From: a virus
Taxonomy: Duplodnaviria > Heunggongvirae > Uroviricota > Caudoviricetes
Length of the DNA stretch: 64,000 nt
Strand: one strand, 5' to 3'
IMG/VR virus record: IMGVR_UViG_3300035688_000604
The notes under the pieces were generated by a model that was not told where the DNA came from, did not search any database, and saw nothing but the letters and a program-made list of their open reading frames with translations. Below, in pieces: positions 56,009-64,000 of the stretch. The position numbers were made by a program, and so were the translations under genes. Within the stretch, counting starts at the first letter, position 1, and every line of letters begins with the position of its first letter.

Positions 56009-56508
56009 TGATGATGAAATATTTATTGATTATATTGTTTTTCCTACTTATAATCAGCAATGTCTCTGCTGTAGAGTTCTACATTGCCATCATGAACGAC
56101 AATGATTACGATATTGAGGTAACTGTTCATGGAAATCATTGCTATTTTGATAATGGAGAACTTGGAAAAAAAGTCCTCATCCCACCAAGGAATCGTGTGG
56201 AAGAATACGTCAACGCAAATGAAACTAATACATGTTACATGAACATAATAGAAGCCGAGCCGAATGTGAGGTTTGGTAGTATTGTCAATGACACCCAGTT
56301 CGTGCTTGAGGTGGGAAGACCAATTAACATATATGTTGACAAGCCAGTTCCGCTCCCATGCAATCAGAACTGTATTGATTTTAACTACATTATTCTTGCT
56401 GTATTGATTATCATTATCTTGTTTATTGTCATAATAGTCGTTATAATAAAGGGAAGGTCTGAACCATTGACAACACAAGAAAAATATCCAACAGGTTCTT
56501 ATACATGA
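56008..56508 (+). CDS. secreted protein with signal peptide and C-terminal TM anchor
   Basis: MMMKYLLIILFFLLIISNVSA signal peptide and a C-terminal helix ILAVLIIIILFIVIIVVII. Internal start of the track ORF 55951..56508. Confidence 0.45.
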   Translation: MMMKYLLIILFFLLIISNVSAVEFYIAIMNDNDYDIEVTVHGNHCYFDNGELGKKVLIPPRNRVEEYVNANETNTCYMNIIEAEPNVRFGSIVNDTQFVLEVGRPINIYVDKPVPLPCNQNCIDFNYIILAVLIIIILFIVIIVVIIKGRSEPLTTQEKYPTGSYT

Positions 56509-56744
56509 CAGTCTTGGTTGAAAAATATTTTTTCTGCAAGGGGAAAAACTGCAACTGGTATGGGACTATGGAGAAATTGCGGTGGAAGGCTGATGATGGT
56601 TTATTAGAGCATCAGAAGAAGACATGCCCAGTCTGTGGCGGACATTGGTTTGATGAAAAACTTTACGATTACGAGACAAAGAAATGGACTGATATAGAGA
56701 GGCAGTTCTACCCGCAGAGTAATTATTTTGAAAGAAGGTTTTAA
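56505..56744 (+). CDS. Zn-ribbon protein
   Basis: CKGKNC...CPVCGGHW. Confidence 0.4.
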   Translation: MTVLVEKYFFCKGKNCNWYGTMEKLRWKADDGLLEHQKKTCPVCGGHWFDEKLYDYETKKWTDIERQFYPQSNYFERRF

Positions 56745-56835
56745 TTATGAAGAAAACAATCGAGGAATTTAGAAGAAGGTTTTGTGAATCATGCGATGAA
56801 AAAGACTGCAAAAGGAAATTCCATAAGATGGCTAA

Positions 56836-57087
56836 ATGTGCATCTGTAATAATTGCTACAGAAAAGGCACAGGATTGGTTGAAAAAATGAGGCAATTAAC
56901 CATTAAAAAAATACTTGATAAATATTGGGAAGTTATTTTTGTCGTTAGCATTTTTTTCAGTTTAGCAGAAGGGTTTGTTTTAATTGGGTTAAAACTTAAT
57001 GTTTTTCTGTTAGTTGGAATTATGATGTTCACTTTTCCATTATGGTTTTTATTTTGGTGTTGGGTAACTGTAAAAATCAAGAGTTGA
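56836..57087 (+). CDS. small membrane protein
   Basis: 83 aa with two hydrophobic helices. Confidence 0.35.
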   Translation: MCICNNCYRKGTGLVEKMRQLTIKKILDKYWEVIFVVSIFFSLAEGFVLIGLKLNVFLLVGIMMFTFPLWFLFWCWVTVKIKS

Positions 57088-57091
57088 AAAA

Positions 57092-57214
57092 ATGATGCAT
57101 AGATGCATGAAGTGTGGAAGATTTTACGATAACGAAGTTTATGACAGATGCCCAAATTGCACTGGTAAGGCATTTAAAAAATGGAAGAGAAAACATCACA
57201 CTATGAGAGATTAA
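57092..57214 (+). CDS. tiny Zn-ribbon protein (40 aa)
   Basis: Manual translation gives MMHRCMKCGRFYDNEVYDRCPNCTGKAFKKWKRKHHTMRD. Confidence 0.3.
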   Translation: MMHRCMKCGRFYDNEVYDRCPNCTGKAFKKWKRKHHTMRD

Positions 57215-57226
57215 GGAATTGAAAAA

Positions 57227-57442
57227 ATGACAGAAGAAAAGTTTTTAGGCGTTGGGTTTGTTAAATTTTATGTTTATTTGTTTGTAATATTATTCTTAGT
57301 ATTTTTTGTAGCGTTTCCTTTGTATAATTGGTTGTTAGCACAGTATGTTAACTATTTTATTGTTACTCATACCGCAGTTAACACAACAAATTCTGGTTAT
57401 CTGATTGATGGATTTAGAATTATAGAGGAATTGAGACCATGA
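57227..57442 (+). CDS. small membrane protein
   Basis: 71 aa ORF. Confidence 0.35.
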   Translation: MTEEKFLGVGFVKFYVYLFVILFLVFFVAFPLYNWLLAQYVNYFIVTHTAVNTTNSGYLIDGFRIIEELRP

Positions 57443-57687
57443 ATCCAGAAAGGGAAAAAATAAAAGAAAAGGTATTGGAAAATAATTGGAGAACACAAAA
57501 TGTTCAGGAAAGAATTATACGCACAGTAGAAGATGCAATCCAAGAAACAGCAAATCGGATTTTTGACATTTTTGACGAGCATAAGATAGATACAGGTCAA
57601 TATTTTAATAATGTTATATTAGTTAAATTCACATTCAGATTGGATGATTATGAAGAACTCAAAAATTCGTTTACTTTTAAAAAATAA
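57439..57687 (+). CDS. hypothetical protein
   Basis: 82 aa ORF with an ATGA overlap. Confidence 0.4.
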   Translation: MNPEREKIKEKVLENNWRTQNVQERIIRTVEDAIQETANRIFDIFDEHKIDTGQYFNNVILVKFTFRLDDYEELKNSFTFKK

Positions 57688-57699
57688 GAGGATTGAATT

Positions 57700-58041
57700 A
57701 TGAAAAGAGAAAAGACACTGATGATAAGAAAGATTGGGAATTTTTTAGAAATCGATGGAAACTGGTATTTTCCTAAACAACACTCCCGAAAAGATAAAAA
57801 AGGAATGATATTCAAACAAGTGGACAAAAAGACCGTTGAAGGTAATGTAAAAATTTTAGTCAAAACATTGAGTCCGTATCTTGACAAGGGAATGATACTC
57901 GAAGATGCATTGGCTGAATTAAAACCAAGAGAAATGATGAAACTTACAGAATCACTGAAGACTGGAAAGAAACCAAAGGTTAGAAGCAAATATGGATGCA
58001 TTGATTTCATAGTAAATGGTGTGGAAGTCCCAATAAGGTAA
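57700..58041 (+). CDS. hypothetical protein
   Basis: 113 aa ORF. Confidence 0.4.
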   Translation: MKREKTLMIRKIGNFLEIDGNWYFPKQHSRKDKKGMIFKQVDKKTVEGNVKILVKTLSPYLDKGMILEDALAELKPREMMKLTESLKTGKKPKVRSKYGCIDFIVNGVEVPIR

Positions 58042-58046
58042 ATCAA

Positions 58047-58283
58047 ATGAAATGCCCAACCTGTAATAAGGAGATGCGTTTATTAGATAGTGGAGATGAT
58101 ATGAATGGTGGATGGTCGTTGTGGTATTGCAAAAGATGTAAAAAAAGATACAGATGGAGTGCAAGAAAATTCAAGGAAGAAGTCATGCCCAGAAGAGAGG
58201 AAAGTTCCGTTCAAAGAATTCATGAAAACGAAATTGATATTCGGAAAAAAGACAGCAACTTCAAGGAACAGGAAACTTGGTGA
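58047..58283 (+). CDS. Zn-ribbon protein
   Basis: CPTCNKEMRL...CKRCKKRY. Confidence 0.4.
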   Translation: MKCPTCNKEMRLLDSGDDMNGGWSLWYCKRCKKRYRWSARKFKEEVMPRREESSVQRIHENEIDIRKKDSNFKEQETW

Positions 58284-58491
58284 AGTCGGAGATTTTTTCA
58301 TTGTTTATGGAAGGAAATATGAGTTCACCCAGATAAAAAAACTTGTATTATGCCAAGTCGCTGGTTTCTATTTTAAAGAGGAAGGTTTTGACACTCCAGA
58401 TGAATTCATTGCATACTGGAAAGATTTGCACAGGAAGAAATACAACGCAGACCAGATTATTTATTTTCACAAGTTCAAGCCCGTGAAATAA
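58222..58491 (+). CDS. ASCH (PUA-like) domain protein
   Basis: MKTKLIFGKKTATSRNRKLGEVGDFFIVYG matches the ASCH N-terminal pattern (G.K..E.R.....GD...). Internal start of track ORF 58105..58491. Overlaps the end of the previous ORF. Confidence 0.4.
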   Translation: MKTKLIFGKKTATSRNRKLGEVGDFFIVYGRKYEFTQIKKLVLCQVAGFYFKEEGFDTPDEFIAYWKDLHRKKYNADQIIYFHKFKPVK

Positions 58492-60583
58492 AACCAGATT
58501 CTGGCTCGAAGAATTCTCCTTCTCTGATTGCTTTTCTTACTCTTTCTTCTGCTCTTTTTATTCCTTCATTCTCACATGATTCTATGAAATCACTCATAGG
58601 GATTTTCTCGCCAAAAATGTTCTTCAAATCATTGTAGATTTCAATAAGGTCTCTTGCAACCACTCGACTCTGAGCAGATGTTCTTCCTTCTGCTTTGTCA
58701 ATATCCAGTTCTCCAGTCTCGTAATCAAAACCAAATGAACGAAGAAATCCTTTGAAAGATTCAATCGCATTGTCTGCATCCTTGTCATTAGTTTCTTCAG
58801 CGAGCCTTAGTTTTGCGAATGCCTCTGCAAATCTTAGCAGACCTTCAAACTGTCTACTTGTGATGACAAGTATCCCAACTTTGTCTACGGTTTTTTGTCT
58901 CATCTCAACATAGAATTTTTTAAGTTTTTCAAAGGTTTTTTTATTTACTTTTGGTTTGGTGCTCTTTGCATACATCAAATATTTGACCAAAAACTCTGGT
59001 GTGAAAGGAGTCTTCTTCTCGGTGATGTTTCCCATTTTGTCTGCTATTTTCGAGTCTATTTCTGCATTTGGTTTGTCTGTGAAACAGAATTTCAAATCAA
59101 ACCTTGAGAGCGTGACTTCGGAAAGATTAATCTGGTCTTTCAAGTCGAGCATCGCATCCCATCTACTTTTTTTAGGATTCGCTATAGCAAGAACAGATGT
59201 CTCTGCTGGTAAAGTTATGTTTATGCTCGCCTTTGATACTGGAAGTTTTTGTAACGACATCACAGTATCCAAACTTTTAATATCGTCTGGGGTTGCCTTA
59301 TCAATCTCATCAAGTATACATAACCCACCAGAACCTACAACAAGGACTCCAGCAGAAATATACCATGAATCAGTCTCAGGGTCTTTCAGCATTGCAACAG
59401 ATAATCCTGCCGAAGTCGCTTCACTGCAAACCGTATAGTAAGTTTTTGGAAAATAATTAAAATTAAATAAAGAAAGTGTTGTCTTGGAAGTAGATGGGTC
59501 GCCTATGAGAAGGATATGTATGTTTCCTCTGTTCATTTTTTTATCTTTCTCAGAATACTTGGTCACACCACCAACCAGTTGTAGTATCAATCCTTTTTTT
59601 ACATCCTCATAACCATAGATTGATGGAGAATAACTCTGAATGAGTTTATCAATCAATTTCTCATCCTTCGATGCTTTCTTGAATTTTTTTATATCATCAT
59701 CAGTGAATCTAATTTCTTCGGTCTCGGTTTTCCAGAAAAGGGAATCGATATAAGGTTTTTTTATGTTAGTTCCTTGATGCCTTCGCTCCAATAAGATTCC
59801 ATCAATGATTACCTTCATCCCAGCAATGAACCTTCTTTTTTCTGGAATGGGGTTATCAATCAAATCTTCATGAAGAAGAATCGCAATCTGAATCGGTAAA
59901 GAACTCTGGACTGCTTCAGATATTGTCAGAATTTGAAACTCCCTGCTTATGTCAAAATCTTTTAGTTCTTCAAAATCTCTTTCTGCCCTACAGTTCGGGC
60001 AATACATCTTGTTATGAATCTTCCTTCCAAAAGGGGTGTAATCTACAGTGACTCTTCTTTCACATCGTTTGCACTCGAAAGTTTTTTGTATGCTCGCAAC
60101 GAATGGAATCCCTATATTAGTTATGACTCCTTCGATTTGAACCAACTTACCTATCGTCTTCTCGTTTATTATCTCTCCAATCTTGTAAGTGTTCGGCAGA
60201 TTTTTTATTCCAAGCCTCAACCAATTCTCTTTCTTTATTTTTTTGGCATCTTCTTGAGTCAATTCTTTTGCTTCACAATCCATCGGGGTGTTCAATCCCC
60301 TATCAATATCATTCAACTTTTGCTCAAACTCCATGAGCAAAGTGACAAGAGTGGCATCCTTACTTTCGAGCAGTGTTTTAGTCAGTTGAGCATCATTTTT
60401 TGTGTCAAATTCTTCAATCGCATTGAAATCTATGGTTATCCTTTTGGCTTTTCTTAGAACAGAAGATTGTATTTCTTCATTCTTGTCCCAACAAGTTTCC
60501 TGAAAAGGTTTGTTCAAACTATAATATTCTTGAAGGAAAAGCGAAAATTGGTCTGAAAGGTTTCTTGTCTCAACATCCATCAA
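58475..60583 (-). CDS. mcm: MCM replicative helicase
   Basis: Zn finger CKRCERR...CPNCRAE, Walker A IHILLIGDPSTSKTT, Walker B LCILDEIDKA, arginine finger TLSRFDL. 702 aa. Confidence 0.8.
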   Translation of the reverse strand: MMDVETRNLSDQFSLFLQEYYSLNKPFQETCWDKNEEIQSSVLRKAKRITIDFNAIEEFDTKNDAQLTKTLLESKDATLVTLLMEFEQKLNDIDRGLNTPMDCEAKELTQEDAKKIKKENWLRLGIKNLPNTYKIGEIINEKTIGKLVQIEGVITNIGIPFVASIQKTFECKRCERRVTVDYTPFGRKIHNKMYCPNCRAERDFEELKDFDISREFQILTISEAVQSSLPIQIAILLHEDLIDNPIPEKRRFIAGMKVIIDGILLERRHQGTNIKKPYIDSLFWKTETEEIRFTDDDIKKFKKASKDEKLIDKLIQSYSPSIYGYEDVKKGLILQLVGGVTKYSEKDKKMNRGNIHILLIGDPSTSKTTLSLFNFNYFPKTYYTVCSEATSAGLSVAMLKDPETDSWYISAGVLVVGSGGLCILDEIDKATPDDIKSLDTVMSLQKLPVSKASINITLPAETSVLAIANPKKSRWDAMLDLKDQINLSEVTLSRFDLKFCFTDKPNAEIDSKIADKMGNITEKKTPFTPEFLVKYLMYAKSTKPKVNKKTFEKLKKFYVEMRQKTVDKVGILVITSRQFEGLLRFAEAFAKLRLAEETNDKDADNAIESFKGFLRSFGFDYETGELDIDKAEGRTSAQSRVVARDLIEIYNDLKNIFGEKIPMSDFIESCENEGIKRAEERVRKAIREGEFFEPESGFISRA

Positions 60584-61695
60584 ACCACCGTTCTTATTTC
60601 TTTGCTTACGTTATCCTGTTCATTCGTCCTTATCCTGATGATGCCAAGTTCTTCAAGATACTGAACTTTTTTAAGGATTGTCAACCTGTTCCACTTGATT
60701 GCTTTCTGCATGGCATCAACAAAACCTTCTTTGGTTGGGAAGAAACCGCCATTACCTTTCAGGAACTCGTATGTTATTTTTAATGTGTTCCTCAATGTTT
60801 CGTCTTTCACTCCCTCACTCAAAACTTCATCAACATAAGTCGTCCTCAACACATTCGATGCAAAATCTTCATCTATTTTTGGAGAGTTTGCCAAATGGGC
60901 AGAAAAGAACAACTGGTTGCAAGCCGATAAAATGTTCCTCGGTATTCCATCAGTGACAGAATGAACCAATTTTAAAGATTCTTCTGTGAAAGGATAATAG
61001 ATTGTTGGGTTTTTTTTGTTGGTCTCCCTGACTGTATCGAGTCTTTTGGACACCAAATCCAGCATCTCATTAAACTTGAATCTCCGCAATTGGAATGATT
61101 GAAACTTTCCAAGATTCTCTGTCACCTTGTTTGCCTCAACATAATGCGATTCATTCATAGCGATGATGATACTTATTTGTTTGCACCCAACAAACCATTC
61201 AAGTGTCCTATAAAACTCCTTATAGTATTTACCGCCTATGAAATCTGGAACATCAATCAGCATGTAATATTTGATGTTTTTTTCCGCAAGATAATGTGCT
61301 GTTTCTTCCTGAAACGCACTGTAACTTTTTTGCATCTTGTCTTCATTCAAGATATTGCTCGAATAATCAACATCCTTTACATTTTTTATTACTTCATGAA
61401 TTAGTTTGAAAGGATTGCTGAACTCTTCCCCTACGCCTTTGCTATAATGTTCTATGAAGTTCGGGTTCTTCAAATCCCGTATTGTCTTGCCCAAGAAAAG
61501 CAGAGTTGATGTCTTGCCTATGCCTCGTTCACCCTTTATTATGATATTGAGGGGGTATGATTTTTCAAAATTGTCAACCAACATCACTTGTATTAGTTTC
61601 TGTTTGTCTAATGGTATGAAGGGTTCGAGGTCGAGGTAATCGTGAGCACTTATACGAGAAAAAGGATTTCCTTTGAACTCATTAAAAAAAGGCAT
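60580..61695 (-). CDS. orc1: Orc1/Cdc6 replication initiator
   Basis: AAA+ Walker A GERGIGKTS, Walker B MLIDVPDF, C-terminal winged helix. Start overlaps the mcm stop. Confidence 0.75.
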   Translation of the reverse strand: MPFFNEFKGNPFSRISAHDYLDLEPFIPLDKQKLIQVMLVDNFEKSYPLNIIIKGERGIGKTSTLLFLGKTIRDLKNPNFIEHYSKGVGEEFSNPFKLIHEVIKNVKDVDYSSNILNEDKMQKSYSAFQEETAHYLAEKNIKYYMLIDVPDFIGGKYYKEFYRTLEWFVGCKQISIIIAMNESHYVEANKVTENLGKFQSFQLRRFKFNEMLDLVSKRLDTVRETNKKNPTIYYPFTEESLKLVHSVTDGIPRNILSACNQLFFSAHLANSPKIDEDFASNVLRTTYVDEVLSEGVKDETLRNTLKITYEFLKGNGGFFPTKEGFVDAMQKAIKWNRLTILKKVQYLEELGIIRIRTNEQDNVSKEIRTVV

Positions 61696-61799
61696 AAAAA
61701 AATAAATCGGAATTTGAGTATATATTGATTTCTATTGTTTCAGTATATAAATCACAAAAAAATTAAATTAACTAAAAAAATAGAAAATTTTTTTATAAT

Positions 61800-62230
61800 C
61801 ACTTTTCTGTGATGAATCGATTGTCTATATTTATCTATATTGTCTATTGGCTTCATTTCCTATGGAAACCCAAAAAAATGGCATCACTACTCTTTAACGG
61901 TTACAAAGGTATAGACAAACTACTTTTAGTTCGTTTTTCAAAACCCTTAATACCATTTCCTCTATCGGAACAACCTTCATTTCCTGTCGAAGTAGTTATC
62001 TATAGATAACCACACAAAATATCGGTTGTCTATAGATAAATATAGATAATCAAAATCACTTCTAAAAACAAGAAATTTTATAAAAAATACAAGGTGTTGT
62101 GGTTTTACTCATTTTTCTACTTTTTCAGGACACCCCTCAATTAAAAAATAATCAATAGACATATAGATAATATAGATAATTAAAATGGTTATCTATAGAT
62201 ATATATAGATAATCAAAAGTTTTCAAAATG
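61800..62230. promoter_or_regulatory. putative replication origin: clusters of TATAGATAA / TTGTCTATA boxes, including the perfect palindrome GTTATCTATAGATAAC, flanking an AT-rich unwinding region
   Basis: 61821-61850 TTGTCTATATTTATCTATATTGTCTATTGG; 61995-62011 GTTATCTATAGATAACC; 62024-62060 GGTTGTCTATAGATAAATATAGATAATC; 62154-62218 AATAGACATATAGATAATATAGATAATT...GGTTATCTATAGATATATATAGATAATC. AT-rich spacer at 62061-62150. Directly upstream of orc1/cdc6. Confidence 0.6.
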
Positions 62231-62271
62231 CCAGAGTCGGGTTTTTATTTTATACGAAAGATACTATAAAT

Positions 62272-62565
62272 TTATTCTGGAAAAGTCACCCTTCCAGTTT
62301 CAACTGCGACACATTTGCTACCATCATAACATTTTCCTTCAGGACAATTGCAGACATTTATTTCATGACTGTCGTTGAGCGAACAACCGCAAGCACCAAT
62401 AACGCAATTGTTTGGAAAATCAGTGGCTGATTTGCAACAACTTGCTGTCGATACAATTCCGCCTGAAAGTGTGCATGTGTCAATGGTTGGTCTTGTCAGA
62501 GCGTAAGCAACTGCCAAGGCAACGACAACAACCGTTATTATTGCAATCAAGATATATTTATTCAT
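62272..62565 (-). CDS. small secreted Cys-rich protein
   Basis: N-terminal TM/signal and 12 Cys. Confidence 0.4.
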   Translation of the reverse strand: MNKYILIAIITVVVVALAVAYALTRPTIDTCTLSGGIVSTASCCKSATDFPNNCVIGACGCSLNDSHEINVCNCPEGKCYDGSKCVAVETGRVTFPE

Positions 62566-62816
62566 TTTTCATCCCCCTCTACACTGAATGTAAAACTAAT
62601 GACCAAATAAACAATAAAACATATCCCAATCCCACCTACGATTATTAGAAGTCCTTCAAGCCATGTGATTCTCGTGTTAGTATCTTTTAAGAGCCAAAAA
62701 TCAAGTTTAGCCAATAAAATTCCTGTGATTATGAAAGCAACTATTCCAACCCATCCCACAAAGTCATTCCATTTTTTGAAAATCTTGTTTAGTCTCTCCT
62801 TTTTCATTTCAACCAC
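62562..62816 (-). CDS. small membrane protein
   Basis: 84 aa with two hydrophobic helices. Confidence 0.35.
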   Translation of the reverse strand: MVEMKKERLNKIFKKWNDFVGWVGIVAFIITGILLAKLDFWLLKDTNTRITWLEGLLIIVGGIGICFIVYLVISFTFSVEGDEK

Positions 62817-63022
62817 TTCTGCTTTTTTATTTCTAAAATTTTTAATTTTGTTTTTGCGACTTCAATATCTAATAAAATTTTCATAATCATTTTAATTTTC
62901 TTTCCGTCTAAACCTTCGTTTCTTAGAATATCTTCAAAATCTTTAAAACAATACCACTCGTTTTTATACTTAATATCAGCATGATTACCGCAAAACTCTA
63001 TTGAACATAATCTATTACTCAT
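62804..63022 (-). CDS. small Cys-containing protein
   Basis: CSIEFCGNHADIKYKNEWYC. Confidence 0.3.
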   Translation of the reverse strand: MSNRLCSIEFCGNHADIKYKNEWYCFKDFEDILRNEGLDGKKIKMIMKILLDIEVAKTKLKILEIKKQKWLK

Positions 63023-63150
63023 ATTGAAGCACTTCTTTTCATTCTTTCTTTTTTTATCTCAACCTGCTCCGTATTTTTTCCCACTCATCCCTTGTTATTT
63101 CTGCTGAGTAGTTATGAGGGTCTTTAAAATATTCATCCAGTTCTTCAATT

Positions 63151-63387
63151 TTATTTTTTGATGTTGTCATGTTTAGCCCGAAGTTTATCAGATTTTTGGA
63201 TTTCTTCCTTTATTCTTTTTTTATTTTTTTCTATCAAATGCATATAACATATTTTTTTATTTTTTAATAAAACCCATATTTTATTCCAATCTTTTTGTGT
63301 TAATTCTTTCTCTGTTTTTATAAGATACCAATTCAAAACCATTATTTTTCTCCCTCTTCTTCCCCAACTGGAATCATAACAATGCAT
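63151..63387 (-). CDS. small basic hypothetical protein
   Basis: 78 aa ORF. Confidence 0.3.
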   Translation of the reverse strand: MHCYDSSWGRRGRKIMVLNWYLIKTEKELTQKDWNKIWVLLKNKKICYMHLIEKNKKRIKEEIQKSDKLRAKHDNIKK

Positions 63388-63545
63388 GGCTGAGATTTTC
63401 CGTCAACTTCATTCTCCCATGTTTCCATAAACATAACAACTTTTTTGACATCTTTTAAACCAAGCATTCCAGCAAACGCTTTAGGTATAGCGACAAAAAT
63501 TTCTTTTCCGCTCCTTCTCAAACTTCTGGTTTCGGTATATTTCAT
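63342..63545 (-). CDS. AbrB/SpoVT-like swapped-hairpin regulator
   Basis: GKEIFVAIPKAFAGMLGLKD. Confidence 0.4.
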   Translation of the reverse strand: MKYTETRSLRRSGKEIFVAIPKAFAGMLGLKDVKKVVMFMETWENEVDGKSQPCIVMIPVGEEEGEK

Positions 63546-63577
63546 AAGAACTACTTTATCTTTTAAAATTTAAATCT

Positions 63578-63726
63578 TTACAGAAATTCCATTATCCATT
63601 TATCTTCAAGCCTTTTTAGTCTTACCTTTTTCTTCATGTTGTAATCATTAATCCAACTTTTCGGTAAAGAAACATACGCTTCTTCTTTGTTACGCCTTAT
63701 ACTTCGTATATCCTCATCAGGTTTCA
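63578..63726 (-). CDS. AbrB/MazE-like small regulator (49 aa; internal start of the track ORF)
   Basis: MKPDEDIRSIRRNKEEAYVSLPKSWINDY... The track's upstream extension translates a DNA repeat region and is probably non-coding. Confidence 0.35.
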
Positions 63727-63754
63727 TAATATTCATTATCGATAGTAAAATATT

Positions 63755-63855
63755 TAAACAACCGTATGTTACCGTATGGCTTACCATACTGAACCATACG
63801 GGAAACCATACTGAAACATACTGAACCATACGGGAAACCATACGGGAAAGCCAGA
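63755..63855. repeat. short direct and inverted repeats (CCATACGGGAAA x3, CCATACTGAA x3, inverted CCGTATGG x2), iteron-like
   Basis: ...accgtatgttaccgtatggcttaccatactgaaccatacgggaaaccatactgaaacatactgaaccatacgggaaaccatacgggaaagcc... Confidence 0.5.
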
Positions 63856-64000
63856 CAGTCCAGAAAACTAAATTACTATGGTCATTTCTATAAGACACTA
63901 AAATATACATTTTAGGTCAAAAAAAAGGCAGTAGAATAGACCAATCTAAATTAGCCCCCCACACCCCTCTCCCCTGCGTAAACAGTAGAGAGAGAGAGAG

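Noticed and set aside
58105-58221. N-terminal 39 codons of track ORF 58105..58491
   Set aside because: They overlap the Zn-ribbon gene 58047..58283 in another frame. The ASCH-like domain begins at the internal Met (58222).
1-64000. Whole window as a provirus or viral genome
   Set aside because: No capsid, portal, terminase or integrase genes were recognised. Cellular-type replication genes with an origin, a histone, a tRNA and a glycosylation cluster fit a small archaeal chromosome or large plasmid better. This cannot be settled from one window.
1-64000. CRISPR arrays and rRNA genes
   Set aside because: No regularly spaced identical direct repeats with unique spacers and no rRNA-like conserved segments were seen. 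The regular-looking unit in 27.5-34.5 kb is a protein-coding junction motif, not a CRISPR repeat.

Overview
This is an AT-rich window with archaeal-type features: a tRNA without encoded CCA, GGTGA Shine-Dalgarno motifs, and TATA-like AT-rich promoters. It carries a contiguous replication module: MCM helicase, Orc1/Cdc6, a PCNA-like clamp, an archaeal histone, an Hjc-like resolvase, an XPB-like helicase, a DEDDh exonuclease and a minimal Pol X-like nucleotidyltransferase. A repeat-rich AT-rich region at 61.8-62.2 kb, directly upstream of orc1/cdc6, looks like a replication origin with palindromic TATAGATAA boxes. The left third (1.2-9.4 kb) encodes a cluster of secreted/membrane-anchored, Cys- and sequon-rich surface proteins, followed by a protein-glycosylation cluster at 19.8-27 kb (radical SAM, three GT2 enzymes, a GT-C enzyme). 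Most of the rest is densely packed small ORFs, many of them Zn-ribbons. It is probably a small-genome (DPANN-like) archaeon or a large archaeal mobile replicon; no capsid, terminase or integrase genes are recognisable. The most unusual feature is a 6.9 kb array (27.5-34.5 kb) of about 31 tightly packed, translationally coupled small genes of unrelated sequence. Every one starts with the same nucleotide block, GGTGA-N3-6-(TAA)ATGGTTCAYAAR, giving an MVHK N-terminus, with a divergent AT-rich promoter at the right end. Other notable items are an intein with a LAGLIDADG-like motif in an ATP-grasp-like gene, an HNH endonuclease with K-rich repeats, a NUMOD-like repeat protein at the left edge, a MITE-like inverted-repeat element, short iteron-like repeats at the right edge, and two GC-richer structured non-coding segments. 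All protein calls rest on motif recognition by eye and need HMM or BLAST confirmation.
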